DNA of 64,000 nucleotides from a virus. The position numbers and the translations under genes were made by a program. The DNA lies in IMG/VR virus record IMGVR_UViG_2595698497_000001; one strand, given 5' to 3'. Below the pieces are notes generated by a model, which saw only the letters and a program-made list of their open reading frames with translations, had not been told where the DNA came from and did not search any database. This document shows positions 1 to 8,533 of this stretch, in pieces. Each line of letters starts with the position of its first letter. The first letter of the stretch is position 1.

Positions 1-76
1 AGAAGAAAGAACAGGACATTTAGATGTTTACAGATCTGTTCCTAATGGACAACGAGGTAGAGTTTGTCCGTATATA

Positions 77-259
77 ATGAACGGGACCATCGAGGTATAT
101 CCTTCTAAATGGACTGCTTATTACGCCCCGTTTCCACGAAAACTAATTACTTTCAGAGATGGCATTCTCCTCGTTGAAAGTGATAAATCCGACTCTTTGA
201 TATGGAAAGAGAGGTACAATTCTTTAAAAAAATGGGTTAAACAACATTATGAAACCTGA
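77..259 (+). CDS. hypothetical protein
   Basis: 60-aa ORF in a tightly packed + strand run. Confidence 0.55.
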   Translation: MNGTIEVYPSKWTAYYAPFPRKLITFRDGILLVESDKSDSLIWKERYNSLKKWVKQHYET

Positions 260-413
260 TGACATTAGCTTAGAGACAACTAGCCGACTTTTTTCCTATG
301 AAAAAATATCTAGAGAGATAGATAATATAGATAGTATAGACATACTCCGAGATCTAGCAAAATCCTACGCAAAACTATATATGAAGCAGCAAGAAGTTGT
401 AGGTAAGATCTAA
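249..413 (+). CDS. small helix-loop-helix protein, NblA-like (candidate phycobilisome degradation adaptor)
   Basis: 54-aa ORF missing from the track (MKPDDISLETTSRLFSYEKISREIDNIDSIDILRDLAKSYAKLYMKQQEVVGKI); stop overlaps the next ATG; size and two-helix pattern resemble NblA. Confidence 0.5.
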   Translation: MKPDDISLETTSRLFSYEKISREIDNIDSIDILRDLAKSYAKLYMKQQEVVGKI

Positions 414-601
414 TGAAAGTAGATATCTCCATGGATGATTTTACAATGATTATCAATGCTCTTCATTACTACAAAAAAGTAGATAAAAGAGGAAATTTTA
501 AAATGTACACAGAGGATAAGATCAATAATCTTAGAGATCGTCTATCAAAAGATCTTTGTGGTGATATCATTGCAGGAAAGCAAAGTAAACTTATAGATTA
601 A
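413..601 (+). CDS. hypothetical protein
   Basis: 62-aa ORF coupled to the upstream gene by TAATG. Confidence 0.65.
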   Translation: MKVDISMDDFTMIINALHYYKKVDKRGNFKMYTEDKINNLRDRLSKDLCGDIIAGKQSKLID

Positions 602-623
602 AGTATACAAAACATTGTGTTAA

Positions 624-941
624 ATGCTATCAACTAAATATCGCCTCAGGCTGGAGTTTATCTGCCAGCGGATCGTTAACGGGGAAGAAGTCAAACTTGA
701 CGACATGATCTGGGCAGATAAGTTAGCAAAAGCTAATAGATCAGCAGCAGAAATGTTAAGAAAAGCAAGAAGAACAGCAGCAAATCCAGATGTCCCAGAG
801 GGAGGCCTAGATGATTTTATGAACAAGATGGACCTTGGGGATCCTGATCCATCTAATCACAGATCAGGATTCTCAGGAGCTGACGAAATAGTTGAATGGT
901 TTAAACAAGACAAAACAGACGACTGGAGGCAACGTGACTAA
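624..941 (+). CDS. hypothetical cyanophage protein
   Basis: 105-aa ORF with normal phage codon usage. Confidence 0.8.
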   Translation: MLSTKYRLRLEFICQRIVNGEEVKLDDMIWADKLAKANRSAAEMLRKARRTAANPDVPEGGLDDFMNKMDLGDPDPSNHRSGFSGADEIVEWFKQDKTDDWRQRD

Positions 942-1101
942 CAAAGACAAGTGGAACAGAGGGCTAGATCTTTTTATTGAAAGCGTGCATAAGCCAGATG
1001 ATAAGCTTAGAGGCTGCGCTCATAATCAAGAATGTTATCACGAGTTGATGTGGGTTCGAGAAAACGTGTTAGAATACCTCAAAACACTTCGCTATGAGTG
1101 A
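934..1101 (+). CDS. hypothetical cyanophage protein
   Basis: GTG start at 934 overlapping the previous stop; same frame as track ORF 892..1101. Confidence 0.7.
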   Translation: MTNKDKWNRGLDLFIESVHKPDDKLRGCAHNQECYHELMWVRENVLEYLKTLRYE

Positions 1102-1336
1102 AACTGCAGTCATCTACTCAAATGGGAGCCAAGAATGCGAGCGCATGGCCTCTCTCCTCAAGAATCTTGGAGGTGAGTTTTTAGAGTACAAACTAGGAGA
1201 ACATTTTTCCGAAGAAGCGTTTAAAGGAGAGTTTGGACTAGAAGCTACGTATCCTCAGGTTACTATTGGGCTTAACCACATTGGAAACATGAACGAAACG
1301 CTCAAATATATGAGTAATCACGGAATGTTTCTATGA
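1094..1336 (+). CDS. glutaredoxin-like protein
   Basis: IYS..SQEC active-site region with one Cys, TYPQV cis-Pro motif, HIG motif. Confidence 0.75.
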   Translation: MSETAVIYSNGSQECERMASLLKNLGGEFLEYKLGEHFSEEAFKGEFGLEATYPQVTIGLNHIGNMNETLKYMSNHGMFL

Positions 1337-1462
1337 AAATTAACTACTTTGTTAGAGACGTATTATTGTTTTTTATTATTAACTCCTTTGTTTTTACTAC
1401 AATTTATTTGTGGCAAAATGATATGATTATGCCTAATCAAGGTTCCTACATCCAAAAACAAA

Positions 1463-1735
1463 ATGGACGATAATAACTTAGACAGTTTAAAGTTTCCCGT
1501 GTTTGATTCTAGAGAAAGTATTGTGAAAGCTTACGCTCAACAAAGACGCGATAGGATGGGAGACGCTATTGGCGACTACCTCACGGATGAAGACGTAGAT
1601 GCTCGCCAGGCCTACGAAGAAATCCTTGCAGAAGTCCAAACTTGGATCGACTATCATCAAAAGTTTCTTGTAAAAGCGCAAAATTTATACGCCTTAATGC
1701 AAGGCGAACGGCCCGTTATTAGTAACAAACTGTGA
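1463..1735 (+). CDS. hypothetical protein
   Basis: 90-aa ORF. Confidence 0.7.
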   Translation: MDDNNLDSLKFPVFDSRESIVKAYAQQRRDRMGDAIGDYLTDEDVDARQAYEEILAEVQTWIDYHQKFLVKAQNLYALMQGERPVISNKL

Positions 1736-1911
1736 AAGAAAATATTTCTTCTGTAAATATTGCTCGTCTCCTGAGTGAATTAGAGGGCTCTTCTGCTCTT
1801 TTAAGTAGCATGGAGTTCACAGAGGAAAAAGATATTATAGACCTCATGAAAAAGAGATTTTATAGTATGTACTTCAAACTCAAAAAACAAGAAAACTCTA
1901 TCTTGGAATAA
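1732..1911 (+). CDS. hypothetical protein
   Basis: 59-aa GTG-start ORF (MKENISSVNIARLLSELEG...) overlapping the previous stop and filling the gap to the tRNA. Confidence 0.65.
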   Translation: MKENISSVNIARLLSELEGSSALLSSMEFTEEKDIIDLMKKRFYSMYFKLKKQENSILE

Positions 1912-1916
1912 CTCAA

Positions 1917-1988
1917 TCCCAAGTAGCTCAGTGGCAGAGCCGCCGACTGTTAATCGGCTGGTCGCTGGTTCAAATCCAGCCTTGGGAG
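1917..1988 (+). tRNA. tRNA-Asn(GTT)
   Basis: Acceptor TCCCAAG/CTTGGGA, anticodon loop CTGTTAA, GGTTCAAATCC T-arm; CCA not encoded. Confidence 0.95.
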
Positions 1989-1991
1989 TTT

Positions 1992-2064
1992 GCCTACCTA
2001 GCTCAGCTGGTAGAGCAGGGCTTTTGTAAAGCTCAGGTCGTCGGTTCAAGTCCGTCGGTAGGCT
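1992..2064 (+). tRNA. tRNA-Thr(TGT)
   Basis: Acceptor GCCTACC/GGTAGGC, anticodon loop TTTGTAA, GGTTCAAGTCC T-arm. Confidence 0.95.
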
Positions 2065-2104
2065 TAAAAATCGATTAAAGTTTCTTGCAACACTTGTTAG
2101 AACT

Positions 2105-2344
2105 ATGCAAGGTTTATTTAATTTAATGGCGTTATCGTCTTTTGTAGTTTCCGCTAGTATTGTTGGTGGCGGGGTTTATCTTTATCAGAATAAAGACAAA
2201 ATCATCACTGACGCAGTGGATAATGCAAAAGAAGTAGTAATGGAAGAGATCACTAAGGCTCTTCCAGGTATCATCAACTCTGTAGTAGAGATTCCTGAAG
2301 TCCCAAAAATGCCTAAGGCTACTGGCCCAGCCCTTCCTTTTTAG
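2105..2344 (+). CDS. hypothetical membrane-anchored protein
   Basis: N-terminal hydrophobic helix, Pro-rich C-terminus. Confidence 0.75.
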   Translation: MQGLFNLMALSSFVVSASIVGGGVYLYQNKDKIITDAVDNAKEVVMEEITKALPGIINSVVEIPEVPKMPKATGPALPF

Positions 2345-2373
2345 TTGACAGCCTGCGCTTTACCTGATATAAT
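2345..2373 (+). promoter_or_regulatory. sigma70-type promoter
   Basis: TTGACA-17 bp-TATAAT with extended TG, directly upstream of tRNA-Leu. Confidence 0.9.
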
Positions 2374-2384
2374 TATATAGTAAT

Positions 2385-2467
2385 GCGCAAGTGGCGGAAT
2401 TGGTAGACGCCCAGGTTTTAGGTACCTGTGCCCTAGTGGCGTGAAGGTTCAAGTCCTTTCTTGCGCA
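2385..2467 (+). tRNA. tRNA-Leu(TAG)
   Basis: Acceptor GCGCAAG/CTTGCGC, anticodon loop TTTAGGT, long variable arm. Confidence 0.95.
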
Positions 2468-2477
2468 TCAGTCTTTT

Positions 2478-3077
2478 ATGAAAACTAAATTGATTTCACA
2501 AATTTTAGTAGTAGCAGGAATTGCGGGAGCTTTAGCTTTCACTTCACCTCGTAGTGCAAAAGAAATTATAGAAATTCCTGTAGAGCCATTTGAGCCTAAA
2601 GTAGAAATAGAAAAAACATGGCAATGTCCTGATTGCACACCTGAAGAGCAATATGTCCTTGCCGAACTCCAATCCCGAACCCGAATCACAGATCGTAACG
2701 CTCTTGCAACGATTATGGGTAACATTAAACAGGAAAGCAAGTTTATTCCCAACATATGCGAGGGAGGGGCTAGAGTTTCTTACAGGGATTGCCTTAGCGG
2801 TGGTTATGGTCTTATTCAGTGGACCTCAATAAAGAGGTATGAGAATCTAGGACAGTTTTGTAGATTTTACGGTTGCGACCCAAGTAGCCTAGAAGGCCAA
2901 ACTCGTTATATGATTAACGAGAGTGTTTTTCAACGCTATCTTCCAATGTTTGAAGGAAGCGGACAGACTGTTGATCAATATATGACTCCAGCTTACTATT
3001 GGTTGGGTTGGGGCATTAAGGGTAAGCGTCAAGTTTACGCCTACGATTATGTTAAAAAACTCAAGCACATGGTATAA
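2478..3077 (+). CDS. lysozyme-like protein (phage tail lysozyme family) with N-terminal signal/anchor
   Basis: IMGNIKQES and GYGLIQWT motifs. Confidence 0.75.
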   Translation: MKTKLISQILVVAGIAGALAFTSPRSAKEIIEIPVEPFEPKVEIEKTWQCPDCTPEEQYVLAELQSRTRITDRNALATIMGNIKQESKFIPNICEGGARVSYRDCLSGGYGLIQWTSIKRYENLGQFCRFYGCDPSSLEGQTRYMINESVFQRYLPMFEGSGQTVDQYMTPAYYWLGWGIKGKRQVYAYDYVKKLKHMV

Positions 3078-3089
3078 TTCTTGAGTTCT

Positions 3090-3161
3090 GCGGAGTTAGT
3101 TCAGCGGTAGAACGCTATCCTTCCAAGTTAGATGTCGTCGGTTCGATTCCGATACTCCGCT
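3090..3161 (+). tRNA. tRNA-Gly(TCC)
   Basis: Acceptor GCGGAGT/ACTCCGC, anticodon loop CTTCCAA, GGTTCGATTCC T-arm. Confidence 0.93.
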
Positions 3162-3165
3162 CTTA

Positions 3166-3340
3166 GGGACTTGAGACGTCCCAACCAAAGGTGCCACTCA
3201 GCAACAGGGCCATCATTGTCCTGCAAGTTTGGAACCAGCCCCCTTTGGATGTTCAGGGAGGACCCCTGTCCTACTCCATTACAAACTGTCAGAATGTTGG
3301 GTTTAAATGCCCCACAGCAAGCATTAGGATAAGTGTAATG
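3166..3340 (+). ncRNA. structured RNA, probably the manA RNA motif
   Basis: Several stems (GGGAC/GTCCC, CCAAAGG/CCTTTGG, CAGGG/CCCTG, CATTACA/TGTAATG); position between a tRNA and a photosynthesis gene matches the known manA context. Confidence 0.7.
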
Positions 3341-3359
3341 TATTCTACCCACTAGAAAA

Positions 3360-3683
3360 ATGAAGTTTCTATTAGCTATATTTGCGTCATTATTCTTTGC
3401 TTTACCTGCCATGGCTACAGAAGTCACAATGGGGGCAAATGGTAACTTAGTTTTTGAACCATCTGAAATCAATATCTCTGCAGGAGATACTGTTACTTTT
3501 GTAAATGGTATGCTTCCTCCTCATAATGTTGTTATCGAAGACCATCCCGAGTGGTCTCATGAAGATCTTGCCTTTTCAGGCGGAGAATCCTTTGACATAA
3601 CTTTTCCTGAAGCCGGAGACTTTGCTTTCTGGTGTGCCCCTCATAAAGGTGCCGGCATGATCGGCATTGCTCACGTTTCTTAA
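3360..3683 (+). CDS. petE: plastocyanin
   Basis: Signal peptide, LVFEP, HNVV and C-x2-H-x4-M copper ligands. Confidence 0.95.
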   Translation: MKFLLAIFASLFFALPAMATEVTMGANGNLVFEPSEINISAGDTVTFVNGMLPPHNVVIEDHPEWSHEDLAFSGGESFDITFPEAGDFAFWCAPHKGAGMIGIAHVS

Positions 3684-3685
3684 TT

Positions 3686-4342
3686 ATGAAAATCTTTTTA
3701 GATACTGCCGATACTGAAATCATTCGTAACCACTTTGCCACTGGTCTCATCGACGGCGTTACGACAAATCCGACTCTTATTATGAAGAGCGGACGTAACC
3801 CAGAAGATGTATATCAGGAAATCAAAGACATCGGAGTCCAAGACATTAGTATGGAGGTCGTTGGAACTGATTGGCAGATGATCGATGAGGGACGTAGGCT
3901 ATCTAAAAAGTTTGGCGAGGTGGCTACAATCAAGCTGCCTTGCACAAAAGAAGGTCTATTTGCCTGCAAGGTACTTTCAGAAGAAGGTATTAGGATCAAC
4001 GTAACTCTGATTTTCTGTGCTTCTCAAGCTGTATTAGCTTCCAAAGCCGGAGCATCATATGTCTCTCCCTTTGTAGGCCGACTTGACGACCAGTCTGTTG
4101 CAGGTCTTGAAGTTGTTCGGAGTATTTCTGAGCTATACTGCATGCATAGGAGGAGCACTAAAGTTCTTGCTGCCTCCATCCGATCAGTCCAAAGAGCTAT
4201 TAGGTCTTGGTATAACGGAGCAGAAATTGCAACAATGCCTCCTAAGGTGTTTGAGCAAATGTATGAGCATATTCTTACGGATAAAGGCCTTGAAATCTTT
4301 GATAATGATCAGAAGAAAGTAGAGGAACTTCTTAAGGCGTAA
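3686..4342 (+). CDS. talC: transaldolase (TalC/FSA type)
   Basis: FLDTAD, GVTTNPTL, IKLP Schiff-base Lys, YVSPFVGR. Confidence 0.97.
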   Translation: MKIFLDTADTEIIRNHFATGLIDGVTTNPTLIMKSGRNPEDVYQEIKDIGVQDISMEVVGTDWQMIDEGRRLSKKFGEVATIKLPCTKEGLFACKVLSEEGIRINVTLIFCASQAVLASKAGASYVSPFVGRLDDQSVAGLEVVRSISELYCMHRRSTKVLAASIRSVQRAIRSWYNGAEIATMPPKVFEQMYEHILTDKGLEIFDNDQKKVEELLKA

Positions 4343-4352
4343 GCCTTTTTTT
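4334..4352 (+). terminator. short intrinsic terminator or processing hairpin
   Basis: AAGGC-GTAA-GCCTT followed by a T run, at the talC stop. Confidence 0.55.
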
Positions 4353-4424
4353 GCAAGATTAGCTCAGCGGTAGAGCATCTCGTTTACACCGAGGCGGTCG
4401 GCGGTTCAATCCCGTCATCTTGCA
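4353..4424 (+). tRNA. tRNA-Val(TAC)
   Basis: Acceptor GCAAGAT/ATCTTGC, anticodon loop TTTACAC. Confidence 0.95.
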
Positions 4425-4446
4425 TTGTATATTACATACATTTCCC

Positions 4447-4710
4447 ATGACTAACGACTGGCGCTACTCTAAAGAACGAATGGACTTGAGAGCCAAATCT
4501 CTTGAGATCTTGGGTAAAGCTTTTACGCTTAAGCGTGAAGTTTATGAATTTTGTGACATGTGGATCTCTCAAGGCGGCAAAGACGTAAGTAACATTGTGA
4601 ACGAGTTTATAAGATATATAGAAGACGTGGAGGTAATACGACAAAATGAAGCGAAAGCATGCGAAAGCAGCAGCAAAAAAACTGATAAAAATAGCAAAAA
4701 AATATCCTGA
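4447..4710 (+). CDS. hypothetical protein
   Basis: First ATG after the tRNA (MTNDWRYS...); the track start overlaps the tRNA. Confidence 0.65.
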   Translation: MTNDWRYSKERMDLRAKSLEILGKAFTLKREVYEFCDMWISQGGKDVSNIVNEFIRYIEDVEVIRQNEAKACESSSKKTDKNSKKIS

Positions 4711-4807
4711 TCACTACTCTGACGGAGATGTAACGTATGCAAAGTTAATTCTTTCTCGATTAAAGAAAGAAAAAACACAATGTACGAATACAGAATCAAA
4801 GAAGTAG
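4646..4807 (+). CDS. small basic hypothetical protein
   Basis: 53-aa ORF MKRKHAKAAAKKLIKIAKKYPDHYSDGDVTYAKL... with GGAGG upstream; not in the track. Confidence 0.55.
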   Translation: MKRKHAKAAAKKLIKIAKKYPDHYSDGDVTYAKLILSRLKKEKTQCTNTESKK

Positions 4808-5208
4808 TTAAGGTAGTAGACGGCGACACCGTAGATATTATTTTAGACCTCGGCTTTGGACTATACAAAAAAGAAAGAGTTCGTATTGCCGGGATTGATA
4901 CTCCAGAAAAACGCACTAGGGATAAAGACGAAAAGCTTTTAGGATTAGACGCAACTAGCTACGCAGAAGAGTGGTTTGGTTGTGATCCTAAAGAATTAGA
5001 AGTTAGAACCGAAAAGGATGGCAAATATGGCCGGATGTTAGGTTGGTTCTATAAGGGTGAAGAATGTTATAACAAGAAAATAATTGACGATGGATATGCC
5101 TGGTGTTATGATGGAGGAACAAAGATCGAAAAAGGAGAATCCGCCTACGATCAGCTAGTTCAAATTAGAGGATATGCCTCTTTCTCTGAATACAAACAAT
5201 CTAAGTAA
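4780..5208 (+). CDS. thermonuclease (SNase-like) family nuclease
   Basis: VVDGDTVD, RIAGIDTPE and GKYGRMLG motifs. Confidence 0.9.
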   Translation: MYEYRIKEVVKVVDGDTVDIILDLGFGLYKKERVRIAGIDTPEKRTRDKDEKLLGLDATSYAEEWFGCDPKELEVRTEKDGKYGRMLGWFYKGEECYNKKIIDDGYAWCYDGGTKIEKGESAYDQLVQIRGYASFSEYKQSK

Positions 5209-5210
5209 TT

Positions 5211-5423
5211 ATGGAAAACATCGAAGCTCACATTGCTAAAGACAAAGAAATTCTTTCAAACCCAACTACCTCTCCTCAGCAGAGAAGGCACATTGAAGAA
5301 GAACTTCGCGAACTTGAGTATTATAAAAAAGAGCATCCAGAAGACCATCATGATCCCACTGCTCTAGAGCTATATTGCGAAATGAACCCCGAAACCGACG
5401 AATGTCGGATATACGAGGATTAA
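5211..5423 (+). CDS. cp12: CP12 Calvin-cycle inhibitor
   Basis: C-terminal LELYCEMNPETDECRIYED signature. Confidence 0.93.
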   Translation: MENIEAHIAKDKEILSNPTTSPQQRRHIEEELRELEYYKKEHPEDHHDPTALELYCEMNPETDECRIYED

Positions 5424-5435
5424 AGATAAACAGAT

Positions 5436-5460
5436 AGGACTCTAATTTAGAGTCTTTTTT
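5436..5460 (+). terminator. intrinsic terminator
   Basis: GGACTCTA-ATT-TAGAGTCT hairpin plus T run after cp12. Confidence 0.7.
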
Positions 5461-5479
5461 ATTATGTAGGGGAGACTGT

Positions 5480-6073
5480 ATGTTAGAAAATAATGATAAA
5501 AGCAAGACATCTTTGCTTAAATGGTTTACATTAGGAGTAGGAACACTGGTTGGTGTTGCTCATATAGGAGTTTTAGGCTACTTATTAAAACCCCAGCCAT
5601 CTGCGCCCATGATCAACTTACCTAGAGGTGATTACTCATCTTATAAAATTAAAGCAGGAAAGGATGGTTATGAAATTGAATACCGCGCCAACGATCCTAA
5701 GGTTTTGGAGTCTAGTAAGTCTTTAACACTTGATAAACAAAAGAAAGGATGGTTTGGTGGCACAGATGAAAAGAGAACTGAGTTTCGTCGTGATCAATTT
5801 ACCATGGACGGAGTTCGTAACATCGGAGGTGAGCTTACGCAAGAGGGAAAGTCGAGTGCAAAAAGAGAAGAGTGTATCGCGGCGGACGCTGGAGCACGGT
5901 CTCAAGGTGCAATGGCGGGAAGTAGCCTAGCTGCTGGTCTTGCCGTTCCGGCAGTTTCTAGCGTTCCCTATGTAGGGTGGTTAGCAGGTGGCTGGGCATT
6001 ACTCTTAGGTCAGAATATCGGTTCTGAAGTAGGTTCTCAAGTTGGATCTGTATTTAATGATTGCGATGATTAA
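5480..6073 (+). CDS. membrane protein with glycine-zipper-like C-terminus
   Basis: N-terminal TM helix; repeated GxxxG/A in the C-terminal half. Confidence 0.75.
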   Translation: MLENNDKSKTSLLKWFTLGVGTLVGVAHIGVLGYLLKPQPSAPMINLPRGDYSSYKIKAGKDGYEIEYRANDPKVLESSKSLTLDKQKKGWFGGTDEKRTEFRRDQFTMDGVRNIGGELTQEGKSSAKREECIAADAGARSQGAMAGSSLAAGLAVPAVSSVPYVGWLAGGWALLLGQNIGSEVGSQVGSVFNDCDD

Positions 6074-6572
6074 AAAACTTAATTCTTTAGTTTTAAAATT
6101 TTCAGTCGACGTTTTAGATTACCTCTATCGAGGTAGAGATTATCAGAGGTTTTGGGTATTAGAAGAAATTGCTAGAGCCCCTTATTTTGCTTTTTTAAGT
6201 GTGCTTCATCTTAGAGAGAGCATGGGACTCCGTGGACCAGATCATCTTTATTTGATGAAACAACATTTTGAGCAGAGCGTAAATGAAACAGAACATTTGG
6301 AATATATGGAGAGTCGGAGCGGTAATGCTTATTGGGTGGATCGCCTTGTGGCCAAACACCTCGTACTTATCTATTATTGGATCAATGTGGTTTATTACTG
6401 GTTGGCTCCTAAGTCTGCATACCACCTATCTTATGAAATAGAGGTTCATGCAGCAACAACTTACGGTAAGTATCTTGCATTAAATGGTCACGACGATAAA
6501 ATCCTAGAGATACTAAATGACGAGTTACAACATTCAAATGAGCTCATGAAAGCAATTGAGCTAGTAACATGA
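6066..6572 (+). CDS. ptox: plastoquinol terminal oxidase (PTOX)
   Basis: Di-iron motifs LEEIARAPY, NETEHL, EVHAATTY, DELQH; ATG 6066 overlaps the previous gene end. Confidence 0.93.
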   Translation: MIKKLNSLVLKFSVDVLDYLYRGRDYQRFWVLEEIARAPYFAFLSVLHLRESMGLRGPDHLYLMKQHFEQSVNETEHLEYMESRSGNAYWVDRLVAKHLVLIYYWINVVYYWLAPKSAYHLSYEIEVHAATTYGKYLALNGHDDKILEILNDELQHSNELMKAIELVT

Positions 6573-6781
6573 GTTTATTTAAAAAAGATCCACCAGTCAG
6601 TTATACAACTAAAGAAGAAGTTCAGGAGATGATCGATGCTGCCATACGAAAACATAATCGTAATGCTTCAATTATCAGTATGTGTGTTGGTTGGGTTGTT
6701 CTTGCACTTTTTGCTGAGGGTTTGCTTAGACTCATTGGAGTAATAGATCCTATTTTCCCATGGCTCAAAATAACCTTGTAG
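6569..6781 (+). CDS. small membrane protein
   Basis: 70 aa, one TM helix, ATGA coupling. Confidence 0.75.
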   Translation: MSLFKKDPPVSYTTKEEVQEMIDAAIRKHNRNASIISMCVGWVVLALFAEGLLRLIGVIDPIFPWLKITL

Positions 6782-6942
6782 AATGGATAGGAGTCTTTAC
6801 TCTTTTTATTTTTGGTATAACTATGATATGCCAAGGTCATTTTATAGCCTCTGGAAAGCACGGATACAAACATGCAGAAAGAGAGGATAAAAAAATGACC
6901 GACATAAGAAAACAAGTAGAAAATTTATTGAAAAACAAATGA
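6760..6942 (+). CDS. small membrane protein
   Basis: 60 aa, one TM helix, coupled to gnd. Confidence 0.65.
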   Translation: MAQNNLVEWIGVFTLFIFGITMICQGHFIASGKHGYKHAEREDKKMTDIRKQVENLLKNK

Positions 6943-7976
6943 AAGTTGGAATTATTGGACTTGGACGGATGGGAGAAGGAATGTCCCGTCGTATGATCAA
7001 AGCAGGAATTGAAGTACATGGCTATCGTAAAAATATTGAAAAAGCAAATAAGCAATATGAAGAGGGTTATATCAGTGGATATACCACTTCTTTGGAAGGC
7101 CTTGTTAAAGTAGTCCACACGGGGTCTGAAATGACTGGCCAGGTGCCAGGAATATTCATGATGGTCGTGCCTGCAGAAACCGTAGAGGAAACACTCAATG
7201 AGCTATTACAATTTTGTATGGAAGGCGATATTATTATTGATCATGGCAATTCCAATTTTAAAGACTCTCGACGCAGGGCAGAAAGGTTGTCTAAATTGGG
7301 CATCCAATATCTTGACTGTGGCACTAGTGGTGGTGTTTACGGTTTGGAGCGTGGATATTGTCTTATGGTTGGCGGTGCAAATACTGCAGTATCCGCTTGC
7401 TCTCCGATCTTTAGGGCCCTCGCCCCAGGTATCGGGAGCACTAACAGAACTAACCCACTTAGCTGGGAGACATCTGCCGAGCACGGTTGGTTACATTGCG
7501 GACCAGCTGGAGCAGGTCATTTTGTAAAGATGGTTCATAATGGAATCGAATACGGAATTATGCAAGCATACGCCGAAGGATTTAACATCTTGCACGAAGC
7601 TAACGCCGGGGCAGCATACGTTGCTGAGGGTGACGCCGAAGTTGCTCCAATGGATAATCCGGAAGACTATCAGTATGATATTGACTGCGCTGAGGTGGCT
7701 GAGCTTTGGCGTCGTGGTAGCGTGGTTGGTTCTTGGTTACTCGATCTTACCGCTACTGTATTACGCCGCGATAGAGAGCTTAGCAAATTCGATGGGGGAG
7801 TATCAGACTCTGGTGAGGGCCGTTGGACTGTTCACGCTGCTGTGGATCTTGGCGTACCCGCTCCTGTTATCAGTAGCGCGCTCTATTCACGCTTTGAGTC
7901 TCGCCGTTTGGGCGCTTTCGCAGCCAAGGTTCTAAATGGAATGCGAGCTATGTTTGGAGGGCACGACGTTAGGTAA
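6939..7976 (+). CDS. gnd: 6-phosphogluconate dehydrogenase (short form)
   Basis: GLGRMG Rossmann motif, DCGTSGG, GHFVKMVHNGIEYG, DSGEGRWT. Confidence 0.97.
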   Translation: MKVGIIGLGRMGEGMSRRMIKAGIEVHGYRKNIEKANKQYEEGYISGYTTSLEGLVKVVHTGSEMTGQVPGIFMMVVPAETVEETLNELLQFCMEGDIIIDHGNSNFKDSRRRAERLSKLGIQYLDCGTSGGVYGLERGYCLMVGGANTAVSACSPIFRALAPGIGSTNRTNPLSWETSAEHGWLHCGPAGAGHFVKMVHNGIEYGIMQAYAEGFNILHEANAGAAYVAEGDAEVAPMDNPEDYQYDIDCAEVAELWRRGSVVGSWLLDLTATVLRRDRELSKFDGGVSDSGEGRWTVHAAVDLGVPAPVISSALYSRFESRRLGAFAAKVLNGMRAMFGGHDVR

Positions 7977-8212
7977 TGTCTAAAAAATCTGAGGAGGAAA
8001 GAAAAAAGAGAGTAGAGGAGGTATCAAAGCATCTTCACCCACACGACGATGAGCCTGATCCTACCGCTAACATGGGGAATTACAATTTTCCTCAAATGCT
8101 TTTTGCTTTTTGCATCGGATTTTGTACTATGTTCGTTTTATTTGTTGACGAACTAAATGATTTTAAAGGTTGTCCGTTACCAAGTTATTTTCAAGATGAG
8201 GTAAAGAAATGA
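7976..8212 (+). CDS. small membrane protein
   Basis: 78 aa, TM helix, TAATG coupling. Confidence 0.7.
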   Translation: MSKKSEEERKKRVEEVSKHLHPHDDEPDPTANMGNYNFPQMLFAFCIGFCTMFVLFVDELNDFKGCPLPSYFQDEVKK

Positions 8213-8418
8213 ACCCAGCAATTTTATTTGCATGTTTTCTTCCATTGATTATTTTGTTTATAGTCATGAAACTCGCGGTTTGGGTGGAAGCCGTAAATTT
8301 AGAAAAAAATTATGTCAGAAAAGAACCTTTACGACAACGAGGACCCTATTTGGCGGATGCATATGCAGATGTTGACGAAGAAGAAGAGGAATATGGAGAT
8401 CGCACAGACTATAGATGA
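8209..8418 (+). CDS. small membrane protein with acidic tail
   Basis: 69 aa, N-terminal TM helix. Confidence 0.7.
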   Translation: MNPAILFACFLPLIILFIVMKLAVWVEAVNLEKNYVRKEPLRQRGPYLADAYADVDEEEEEYGDRTDYR

Positions 8419-8533
8419 AGTACTTTTCAGGTACTATTCTGACAAAGGTGAACCTGTTCCCAACTGGAAGGTTCGCAAAGACCCAGATTGGTGGTTAGAA
8501 TATCTAAAACAACTTGAGGACCAAGAAAAATGA
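8393..8533 (+). CDS. hypothetical protein
   Basis: MEIAQTIDEV...WWLEYLKQL; ATG 8393 preceded by GAGG, in frame with track ORF 8312..8533. Confidence 0.6.
   Translation: MEIAQTIDEVLFRYYSDKGEPVPNWKVRKDPDWWLEYLKQLEDQEK

Noticed and set aside
1801..2049. Minus-strand 82-aa ORF
   Set aside because: Antisense shadow of tRNA-Asn and tRNA-Thr.
3128..3472. ORFs 3132..3332(+) and 3128..3472(-)
   Set aside because: They overlap tRNA-Gly, the structured RNA and petE, and show no protein-like features.
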